64,000 nt of DNA, taken from NCBI GenBank assembly GCA_019136685.1, contig JAGVTS010000064.1, positions 3,087 through 67,086 of the forward strand, written 5' to 3'. Each line of letters opens with the position of its first letter. The first letter of the stretch is position 1. Shown here in pieces: positions 57,489-64,000 of this stretch. The notes beneath the pieces are model-generated. The model was not told where the DNA came from. It worked only from the letters and a program-made list of their open reading frames with translations, and did not search any database. The DNA comes from Bacillota bacterium. GTDB lineage: Bacteria > Bacillota > DTU025. The position numbers were made by a program, and so were the translations under genes.

Positions 57489-57995
57489 ATGCAATGTTGC
57501 TTGCCGGAGAATACAGCATTACTCATCAAAGACTCCACAGGTGAGGTCAAGCGAGTTACGCTGGACTATTTCGATGCCATGCTTAACGACGAACCGGATG
57601 GTCCCGCCCTCGGCAGCCTGAAGGCGCTCGGCCGCGACGGCTGGGTGGAGTTGACATCGGTCAGTCGCAGGCGCCTATGGGAAGGCGAGGAGCTGTTGTG
57701 CGTCCGCACACGTTCAGGGCAGATCGCGTTGACCGGCGACCACAGGATCGCGGTCAAGCGTGGCATGGAGGATATCGTCGTGCCTGCCAGGGACCTTGGC
57801 ACAGGAGACGCCATGATGGTCTTTGAACAGCCGGCGCTGGGCAAGAGCGCTCGTCCTATCGGGGAAGAGCCGGTATTCAGGCCTTTCGGCGTGCTGTCGG
57901 TGATCAGAACCGTTGGCTACGATGGGCGTATGTATCAAGTTGAAACCGCCGACCACACGCTGGTGGCCAACGACTTCCTTACGCACACGGTGTAG
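57489..57995 (+). CDS. stand-alone Hint (intein-like / Hedgehog-intein) domain protein, 168 aa, essentially no exteins
   Basis: Begins MQ-C-CLPENTALLIKDSTGEVKRVTLDY (intein block A with Cys at the junction), has TGDHRIAV (block B T-x-x-H), ends MYQVETADHTLVANDFLTHTV (blocks F/G, with the terminal HN replaced by HT). Confidence 0.6.
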   Translation: MQCCLPENTALLIKDSTGEVKRVTLDYFDAMLNDEPDGPALGSLKALGRDGWVELTSVSRRRLWEGEELLCVRTRSGQIALTGDHRIAVKRGMEDIVVPARDLGTGDAMMVFEQPALGKSARPIGEEPVFRPFGVLSVIRTVGYDGRMYQVETADHTLVANDFLTHTV

Positions 57996-58094
57996 TCGAA
58001 GTTCGTACGGCTGCTTGCCGTCTGGTCTCTGCGTCATAGTCGCATACCTGACCTTCCGAAATGCGCCAACACCGCCAGGAGCGCCCGGAGGCCC

Positions 58095-58118
58095 GCCGTG
58101 GTATAATGGTGGTCAGGC
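58095..58118 (+). promoter_or_regulatory. extended -10 promoter GCCGTGGTATAATGGTGGTCAGGC upstream of the HlyD-like gene (copy 2 of the repeated motif)
   Basis: Same TGGTATAAT plus downstream GGTCAGGC as at 50154-50177, with a 1-nt insertion. Confidence 0.5.
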
Positions 58119-58171
58119 AATTGTGGCCGTCCGTGCCATGCGTCCAGGAAGAGCGAGAGGCAGAGACAGGG

Positions 58172-59443
58172 ATGTGGACTACTCCGAAGCGAAAACGCCC
58201 GAGGCTTGAGGAGCGTACTGCCGCCGAGCGTGCTCAGAAACGTTTTGCAAAGGCTGCGGCCGTGGTTGTGGTCGCAGTGCTTTCATATTCTCTCTTCGCC
58301 GCCGTTCGCCCCATGATTACGATGAGGTCATCCGGAACAGCCCATGCGTATTCGGGATGGGTCGAGGTATCGTTTCCAGGCGATGCGGTGATCGTTCGCG
58401 ACGAGCGAATTGTCGCCACCCCGATCAGCGGCGTAATCCACTTCGTCGTGGAAAACGGTGAACGGGTTGCAGCCGGCGCAGTTGTGGCTGAGGTGCGCGA
58501 CAGGGCGGCTTCCGAAGCCCCGCAGTCCGGTTCACTTAGGGCTGAGGAGGAGACCGACCGGTTTGTGCAGGAGTGCGCCATGCGCGAGCAGCGCGAGAAG
58601 GAGCGGCTTTCGGCGCTGAGAGTTCAGATTGCCATCAAGGAAACCGAGCTTCGGGCGTACATCGATCGCAAGGACGCCAAGAATGCTAACCGACTCCACG
58701 CGGAACTCGCCGAACTCCGTCAACGCGAAGATCAAGCAGTTGACGCCCTTGCCCGGATCCAGGAGGAGGCGCGAGCCGCAGCAGCAGCGGTGGCCGAAGC
58801 CAAGCGCCGATCCGATATCTCCTCCACTCGCGCGCTTGCCGTGCTGCGGGCCTTCGGCGCATCCCTTGTCAGCACCCACATCGATGGGCTGGAGGGCGTG
58901 TATAGCCCGGCCAACCCCGACCTCCTCGGGGTCTCGCCCGCCGACCACACACCTTATCCGCGCGCCTGCTCCGAGGGAGATTCAGTTGCCGCAGGCGCCG
59001 CGGTCTTTCGGGAAGTGCAGAACCTCCGCACCAACTTGCTGGTCTTCGCGGATGTGCCTGAAGATGCAGTGCCGGGGGCAGGGAGCAGGGTGCGCGTGCG
59101 CTTCCCCAGGCTTGCCCTAGAGGCCGTCCCTGCCACTGTGATAGGCAGCCGACGACGACCGGATATGTCGGCCAATACCTGGTCATTTCACATTGCCCTC
59201 GACCGGTACGCTACGACCCTGACGGACCTGCGCTCGGAGAAGGTCACACTGGTGACCGAGCGCGTATCAGGGATCTTGATTCCTCGCTCAGCCCTGGCGC
59301 GAAAAGACGATGAGTATGGCGTATGGCTGCTCAGGACCAACCGGTTCATCTGGCGCAGCGTGACCGTGCTCGGCATGAACGAGGAGGAGGCGGCAGTCGA
59401 GGGAATACGAGAGGGCGACCGGGTGCTTATCAGGCCGCGGTAG
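58172..59443 (+). CDS. HlyD-family / membrane-fusion-protein-like secretion protein (N-terminal TM, lipoyl-like hairpin, long coiled coil, beta-barrel)
   Basis: TM AAAVVVVAVLSYSLFAAV; lipoyl-like ISGVIHFVVENGERVAAGAVVAEV; ~100-aa coiled coil; C-terminal beta-rich region. ATG 58172 after GAGAGGCAGAGACAGGG. Occupies the slot where ylmD lies in B. subtilis. Confidence 0.5.
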   Translation: MWTTPKRKRPRLEERTAAERAQKRFAKAAAVVVVAVLSYSLFAAVRPMITMRSSGTAHAYSGWVEVSFPGDAVIVRDERIVATPISGVIHFVVENGERVAAGAVVAEVRDRAASEAPQSGSLRAEEETDRFVQECAMREQREKERLSALRVQIAIKETELRAYIDRKDAKNANRLHAELAELRQREDQAVDALARIQEEARAAAAAVAEAKRRSDISSTRALAVLRAFGASLVSTHIDGLEGVYSPANPDLLGVSPADHTPYPRACSEGDSVAAGAAVFREVQNLRTNLLVFADVPEDAVPGAGSRVRVRFPRLALEAVPATVIGSRRRPDMSANTWSFHIALDRYATTLTDLRSEKVTLVTERVSGILIPRSALARKDDEYGVWLLRTNRFIWRSVTVLGMNEEEAAVEGIREGDRVLIRPR

Positions 59444-59495
59444 AGGAATCCGCAGCATGGCGGAGAATATCTAGCTCTGTACGAGGTGGGAAGTC

Positions 59496-60188
59496 TTGCC
59501 GTCTATCTTCGATAATCTTCGTTGTGTGCTCGATAACATCGCCGCGTCCGCCGCGCGGGCGGGGCGTGACCCGTCCGAGGTCCGGCTGGTAGCTGTGACC
59601 AAGAACGTGGACGCGGCCAGGATATGCAGCCTAGTATCGGCCGGCGTCGGCCATCTTGGCGAGAACCGGGTGCAGGAGGCGGCTCAGAAGATCCCGCAGG
59701 TAGCCGGATCGCCTACCTGGCACTTAGTGGGGCACTTGCAGCGCAACAAGGCGCGGCACGCTGTGGAATTGTTCTCGGTGCTCCAGTCTCTCGACAGCCT
59801 GGAGCTTGCGGCTGAGCTCGACCGGAGGTGCGCGACCCGTGGGGTCTCCCTCGATGCGCTACTACAGGTGAACATATCCGGGGAGTCCACCAAGTATGGA
59901 GTGGCGCCTGATGCGGCAGCCGGCATGCTTCGGGAGATGCCCAGGTTCGAGCATCTGCGGGTTCTCGGCCTGATGACCATGGCCCCGTATTCGGAGGATG
60001 CCGAGGATGCCCGGGTCTGGTTTCGGGCTCTACGCCATTTGGCCGGTGAGCTTTCGACTCTCCGCCTGAGCAACGTGGCCATGGACGAGCTGTCCATGGG
60101 GATGTCCGGCGACTATCAGGTGGCTGTGGAAGAAGGCTCGACCATCGTGCGGGTGGGAACGGCAATTTTCGGCCCGCGTGTTCGCTGA
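59496..60188 (+). CDS. ylmE: YggS/YlmE family pyridoxal-phosphate homeostasis protein
   Basis: VRLVAVTKNV (PLP Lys), GHLQRNKA and ...MGMSGD... motifs. TTG start preceded by GAGGTGGGAAG. Confidence 0.85.
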   Translation: MPSIFDNLRCVLDNIAASAARAGRDPSEVRLVAVTKNVDAARICSLVSAGVGHLGENRVQEAAQKIPQVAGSPTWHLVGHLQRNKARHAVELFSVLQSLDSLELAAELDRRCATRGVSLDALLQVNISGESTKYGVAPDAAAGMLREMPRFEHLRVLGLMTMAPYSEDAEDARVWFRALRHLAGELSTLRLSNVAMDELSMGMSGDYQVAVEEGSTIVRVGTAIFGPRVR

Positions 60189-60220
60189 GCCGCCAGGCGT
60201 ACTCGACTGGAGGTGAGCTT

Positions 60221-61015
60221 ATGGACCTGGAGTCATTGGCGCGCGAATCGGCGCACAAGACCATTGAATCCAGCTCCCCTGTTTCCATGGGCTTCCTTGA
60301 GCCAAAGGAGCAGGAAACCGTAGTCCGAGCCCTGTCCGGCAACGCGGACGTTGTCGTGAAGCGCTACGGGGGATACCGGGGAGCGGTTCGTCGGAAGACT
60401 GTGGTGATGCCTGCCTACTACATCGACGAAGCCTACGATCCGCAAGTGTCGTTCTTTGTCGTGCGTAGCGCTGTTGTTACGGCCAACGGGGGCCGTGAAT
60501 CCGTGGTGGCCTCCCTGCGCGCAATGGGTATCCCCAGCGAGAGCATTGGCGACCTTTTCTGGACCGGCCAAGAATGGCAGGGGGTTATCGACGCGAATGT
60601 CTTTCGCAGCGACGACAAGGGTAGCGGTCGAGGTCGCGGCGGCCGCGCTTCAGGCGATCTGGCAGAGCTGGATCCGGCGGAGGTTTCCTATCCTGGCCAG
60701 GCCGCCAAGACCATACGGGCCACCGTGGCTTCCATGCGCCTTGATGCAGTGGCCGGGGCGGGCTTCCCTGCGTCACGTACCCGCCTAGCGCAGGAGATTC
60801 GGGTTGGTAGGGTTCGCGTCAACGGCGTCACTTGCGATTCGCCGGCAGCGCACGTATCCCAGGGAGATGTGATTGTCTGCCGCGGGCGCGGCAGGCTTGT
60901 CGTTGAAGAGGTGGCCGGCGCCACAAAGCGTGGGCGCATCTCTCTAGTTCTTACGCGCTACTCGGTGCAGATACCTGACCGCAGGGAGGAGAGTGGAGAT
61001 GCTTACGCCACTTGA
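60221..61015 (+). CDS. ylmH: YlmH-family RNA-binding protein (S4 domain)
   Basis: C-terminal S4 domain (RLDAVAGAGFPASRTRLAQEIRVGRVRVNGV). Position between ylmE and divIVA. Confidence 0.7.
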   Translation: MDLESLARESAHKTIESSSPVSMGFLEPKEQETVVRALSGNADVVVKRYGGYRGAVRRKTVVMPAYYIDEAYDPQVSFFVVRSAVVTANGGRESVVASLRAMGIPSESIGDLFWTGQEWQGVIDANVFRSDDKGSGRGRGGRASGDLAELDPAEVSYPGQAAKTIRATVASMRLDAVAGAGFPASRTRLAQEIRVGRVRVNGVTCDSPAAHVSQGDVIVCRGRGRLVVEEVAGATKRGRISLVLTRYSVQIPDRREESGDAYAT

Positions 61016-61496
61016 GGTGCATTCTAAACAGTTCACAGCCAGGTTCGGGCGATATAGCGCCGCCGAGGTGGACGACTTTCTGGACCTAGTGGGCCAGAGC
61101 TACGACCAGATCTACCGGGAGAACGCCGAGCTCAAGGAGAGGCTACGTTCGCTTTCCGAAAAGCCGCCGCAACATGATCCGGCCGACATCGGCGAGACGC
61201 TTAAGCAAACTCTATTAATGGCGCAGAACGCCGCGGAGGATGCCCGGCGAAGCGCTGAGGAGAAAGCCCGGCTGGTCGTGGAGAATGCTGAGCGTGAGGC
61301 TGCTGCCGTTCTTGATCGCGCCCAGGAGAAGGTGCGCAGTCAAGAACAGCGTCTGGAAGATCTCGTGGCCCAGCACGGCACACTCCGGGCCCGCATGAAG
61401 GCCATGCTCGAGGCGTATCTGGAGATGCTTGAAGATTCAGCAGTGAGCCTATCTGATATGCAGCTCGGTTCAGCCCGCGACGGCCGGAAGGAGTAA
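60993..61496 (+). CDS. divIVA: cell division/sporulation protein DivIVA
   Basis: MEMLTPLEVHSKQFTARFGRYSAAEVDDFLDLVGQSYDQIYRENAELKERL is a canonical DivIVA N-terminal domain, followed by coiled coil. Confidence 0.85.
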   Translation: MEMLTPLEVHSKQFTARFGRYSAAEVDDFLDLVGQSYDQIYRENAELKERLRSLSEKPPQHDPADIGETLKQTLLMAQNAAEDARRSAEEKARLVVENAEREAAAVLDRAQEKVRSQEQRLEDLVAQHGTLRARMKAMLEAYLEMLEDSAVSLSDMQLGSARDGRKE

Positions 61497-61618
61497 AACC
61501 CGCCGTGCCCGGGCAGTCTACACCATGCGAGGTGTAGCGCTTGCACAGGAAACCTCGGGCCAGATCCCATGAACATGCCCGTGTCCGCTCTGGGGCAGGC
61601 TTTTCGGGGAACTCTCTT

Positions 61619-61879
61619 GTGCCCAGGATCGTTGAACTGTCAAGAAGGCTCGAGGAGTCCAGTATCGCCGAGTACGTCGAGTTCATGCGGAACCCCCGTC
61701 GCGTCATCTGGTCGAATTTCCTGGGTGGGGCGGCGCGGGGGTTCGGCTTTGCTGTCGGGGCATCGGTACTCGCCGCTATCTTCCTGTATTTGCTGTCCGC
61801 TATCATCGCGCTTAATGTTCCGATAATCGGCAAGTTCGTCTCTGAGATTGTGAGGTTCGTCGAGGAACACCGGGGCTGA
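61619..61879 (+). CDS. small hypothetical membrane protein (about 86 aa)
   Basis: One or two TM helices (GFGFAVGASVLAAIFLYLLSAIIALNV). Start uncertain (GTG 61619). No motif recognised. Confidence 0.3.
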   Translation: MPRIVELSRRLEESSIAEYVEFMRNPRRVIWSNFLGGAARGFGFAVGASVLAAIFLYLLSAIIALNVPIIGKFVSEIVRFVEEHRG

Positions 61880-61908
61880 AGGTATGGGAAGAAGGCGGAG
61901 GCGGTGGG

Positions 61909-62475
61909 ATGGATCCCAGAACGCTGGGAATATACAGGAAGAAGCTCCTGAGGGCCAAGGAGCGCGCGGAATCCCGAATCACTCTACTGGAAGAGACATC
62001 CGGCTTCGACCGCCCTGAATCCGATTGGGCCGGCGAGTTATCGAGCTACGACAACCATACAGCTGACTCCAGCTCCGCGCTGGAGATGCGCTCTATCAAC
62101 CTGGGCCTGATAAACCACAGCGAGGACCGGCTTGCGCAGATCGATGCGGCCCTGACCCGGGTGGATCAGGGTGCTTACGGGAAGTGTGTCCAGTGCGGCC
62201 GGGATATACCTCCGGAGCGCCTCGACGCCATTCCATGGGCTGCGAGCTGTGCGAGCTGCGGCGTCAGGCAGCCGTCATCCGCGGGCGTGGGAGACGCCAG
62301 GCCCATCGAGGAAGAGGTGATACGGCCGCCCTTCGGGGGTGTAGATCCAGCCAGGGCTTACGATGACCCGGGGGTGCACGGCGAAGACATATGGGACGCC
62401 CTCGCGTCCTATGGTAATGCCAACAGCCCGCAGGACGACGAAGCCGGCCACTCCGGCGACGTGGATTCCCACTGA
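61909..62475 (+). CDS. DksA/TraR-family C4 zinc-finger protein (YlyA/YteA-like)
   Basis: C-x2-C-x17-C-x2-C (CVQCGRDIPPERLDAIPWAASCASC) after a coiled-coil region. Sits directly upstream of lspA, as ylyA does in B. subtilis. Confidence 0.7.
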   Translation: MDPRTLGIYRKKLLRAKERAESRITLLEETSGFDRPESDWAGELSSYDNHTADSSSALEMRSINLGLINHSEDRLAQIDAALTRVDQGAYGKCVQCGRDIPPERLDAIPWAASCASCGVRQPSSAGVGDARPIEEEVIRPPFGGVDPARAYDDPGVHGEDIWDALASYGNANSPQDDEAGHSGDVDSH

Positions 62476-62501
62476 GTGCTGGGATGCTGATGGGTGGAGC
62501 G

Positions 62502-62531
62502 TTTACGGGGTCATGCTGGTGTGCTACAATG
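62502..62531 (+). promoter_or_regulatory. candidate promoter TTTACG-N18-TGcTACAAT for lspA-lgt-rluD with very short leader
   Basis: Extended -10 TGcTACAAT ends 14 nt before the lspA GTG start. Confidence 0.4.
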
Positions 62532-62544
62532 AATCACGGACTTT

Positions 62545-63015
62545 GTGCTGACTATGGAGTGGAGGCTTGTGGCGCTGTTTCTGGTGTCGGCCTGGGTTAT
62601 GCTGCTGGATCAGGTTTCGAAATCCGTCGTTGCGCGGTTGGTTCCGATGTACGACACAGTCGCTTGCTTGGGCGGGCTTCTTCGCATAACTCATGTTCGG
62701 AATAGCGGCGCCGCATTTGGCGTCTTCCAGGGCCGGCAACCCCTGCTCATAGCGGCCGCGCTGGCGGCGGCGGGTATTGTGGTCGTGTCTTACCCCAGAG
62801 TATCCCCTTCGAACTGGCCGGCCCGGTTCGGTCTTGGCCTGGGGCTTGGAGGCGCGCTGGGCAACCTCATCGATAGGTTGCGCTTCGGGGGGGTTGTTGA
62901 TTTTCTGGAAGTCGGGCCATGGCCGGTGTTCAATTTGGCCGACACCGCCATTGTTGTGGGGGTCGCGCTGATTCTAGCTGGGATGATGCGCAGCCCAGGG
63001 CGGAAGGAGGAGTAA
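62545..63015 (+). CDS. lspA: lipoprotein signal peptidase II
   Basis: LspA motifs (LLDQVSK, NSGAAFG, FNLADTAIVVG). Confidence 0.85.
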   Translation: MLTMEWRLVALFLVSAWVMLLDQVSKSVVARLVPMYDTVACLGGLLRITHVRNSGAAFGVFQGRQPLLIAAALAAAGIVVVSYPRVSPSNWPARFGLGLGLGGALGNLIDRLRFGGVVDFLEVGPWPVFNLADTAIVVGVALILAGMMRSPGRKEE

Positions 63016-63018
63016 TTA

Positions 63019-63807
63019 GTGCATCCTGTCCTATTCAACTTGTGGAAATACCCTGTCTACTCGTGGGGGCTTTCGCTTGCCGTCGCCTTTGTCGTCGGAA
63101 CGGTGTATGCCGCTACGACCGGCAAGAAGAGGGGCGTGGATCCCGACAACGTGATTGACCTCGCGCTGTTCGCGTGTATTGCATCGATAATCGGGGCGAG
63201 GCTCCTCTACGTCTTGCTCAACATCGGAAGTTACATCAATTACCCTGTCAGCGTGTTCTATATGCGCGACGGGGGTCTTTCCTACTTCGGCGGGCTGGGC
63301 GCCGGCATCGGCATCGGCGTGCTATACTGCCGCAAGCAGAAAATCTCCATCGGCAAGATGGCGGACGTTGCCGCCCCTGCCGTAACCATCGGCTACGCCA
63401 TCGTGCGCATTGGCTGCTTACTCAACGGATGCTGCTACGGCCACCTGAGCGAAGCGCCGTGGGCCCTTGCCGCCGGCCCTGGCGACATGCTGCGCCATCC
63501 CACTCAGCTCTATGCGGCGATCTCCAGCGTCATAATATTCTTCCTACTGAAGGCCGCCGAGCCGAAGAAGAGGTTCGAGGGCCAGATACTCTGGCTGTAT
63601 GTAGGCCTCTACTCTGCGGCCCGGTTCATAGTTGAGTTCTGGCGGGTAGGCACGCGCGACTACTTCGCGCCCTTCACCGCCACTCAGATTGTCTGCGTGC
63701 TCCTGGCAGTGTTGGCCTTTGGAGTGATCCGGGTCAAGGCGGCCCGCACGGCAACGCCGATCGAGCCGGGCATGCCGGGCGCCAAGGGGCCTTCGGCGCG
63801 GGCGTAG
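63019..63807 (+). CDS. lgt: prolipoprotein diacylglyceryl transferase
   Basis: Lgt signature (YGLSLAVAF..., GARLLYVL, GGLSYFGGLGAG, NGCCYG). Confidence 0.9.
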   Translation: MHPVLFNLWKYPVYSWGLSLAVAFVVGTVYAATTGKKRGVDPDNVIDLALFACIASIIGARLLYVLLNIGSYINYPVSVFYMRDGGLSYFGGLGAGIGIGVLYCRKQKISIGKMADVAAPAVTIGYAIVRIGCLLNGCCYGHLSEAPWALAAGPGDMLRHPTQLYAAISSVIIFFLLKAAEPKKRFEGQILWLYVGLYSAARFIVEFWRVGTRDYFAPFTATQIVCVLLAVLAFGVIRVKAARTATPIEPGMPGAKGPSARA

Positions 63808-63809
63808 GC

Positions 63810-64000
63810 CATGGGAGCGAGCGTCTCGAGCCCTGCTAATGCCGATGCAGGCTTGAGGCTGGACGTGTATCTTGCGAAGGAGCAGGTTGCTCCTTCGCGT
63901 TCTTTTATCCAGAGACTCATAGAAGACGGAGCGGTTCGGGTGAACGGTAGAGTGGAGACCAAACCCTCTTATCGGGTGCGCGCAAGCGACATCATAGAAG
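63810..64000 (+). CDS. rluD: RluA-family pseudouridine synthase (RluD-like), 5' part only (runs off window end)
   Basis: N-terminal S4 domain (LRLDVYLAKEQVAPSRSFIQRLIEDGAVRVNGRVETKPSYRV). Position after lspA-lgt. Confidence 0.55.

Noticed and set aside
1-64000. Searched for CRISPR arrays, rRNA, tRNA, IS elements and phage or defence-island signatures
   Set aside because: No regularly spaced repeats, no rRNA/tRNA-like sequences and no transposase or integrase ORFs were seen. The window is conserved core chromosome (division, cell wall, sporulation, recombination) rather than an accessory island.

Overview
This is a 64-kb, high-GC (~65%) window that is almost entirely protein-coding on the + strand. 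Only a glutamate dehydrogenase gene lies on the - strand. Gene order follows the conserved chromosomal backbone of an endospore-forming Firmicute (Bacillus subtilis names used as reference): ClpP/TepA-like (5' truncated), Na/Pi transporter, uppP, ftsK/spoIIIE, short RodZ-like protein, a 719-aa Ala-rich hypothetical, GNAT, UPF0016 half-transporter, TPR protein, rimO, gdh (- strand), a BMP-family ABC transporter operon, rlmN, small ORF, stp, rodA, pbpA, prkC, rsgA, rpe, a membrane protein plus short FtsH-like protease, cinA, thpR, recA, recX, rny, hypothetical, ymdB, spoVS, GNAT, then a complete dcw cluster (mraZ, rsmH, ftsL, PASTA-PBP, murE, murF, mraY, ftsW, murG, murC, murB, murA, divIB, ftsA, ftsZ), spoIIGA, sigE, sigG, spoIIR, ylmC, a stand-alone Hint (intein-like) domain gene, an HlyD-like protein, ylmE, ylmH, divIVA, small membrane ORF, DksA/TraR (ylyA-like), lspA, lgt and rluD (3' truncated). 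Near-identity of the sigma-G and SpoIIR motifs to B. subtilis, combined with the high GC, suggests a high-GC sporulating Firmicute; this is inference only. No rRNA, tRNA, CRISPR array or mobile element was recognised. All calls rest on reading the six-frame translations for family-specific motifs and on synteny. No database search or HMM scan could be run. Coordinates of small regulatory elements are approximate (+/- 2 nt). The main findings are: (1) a free-standing intein-like Hint-domain ORF with its own strong promoter; (2) spoIIR placed directly after sigG, with its signal peptide encoded upstream of any canonical start codon, and similar non-canonical-start situations at rimO and possibly rny; (3) a near-identical 23/24-nt extended -10 promoter motif upstream of divIB and of the HlyD-like gene; (4) a textbook MraZ operator; (5) an actinobacterial-style stp-rodA-pbpA-pknB cassette set in a Firmicute context; (6) several lineage-specific hypothetical genes inserted into otherwise conserved synteny.
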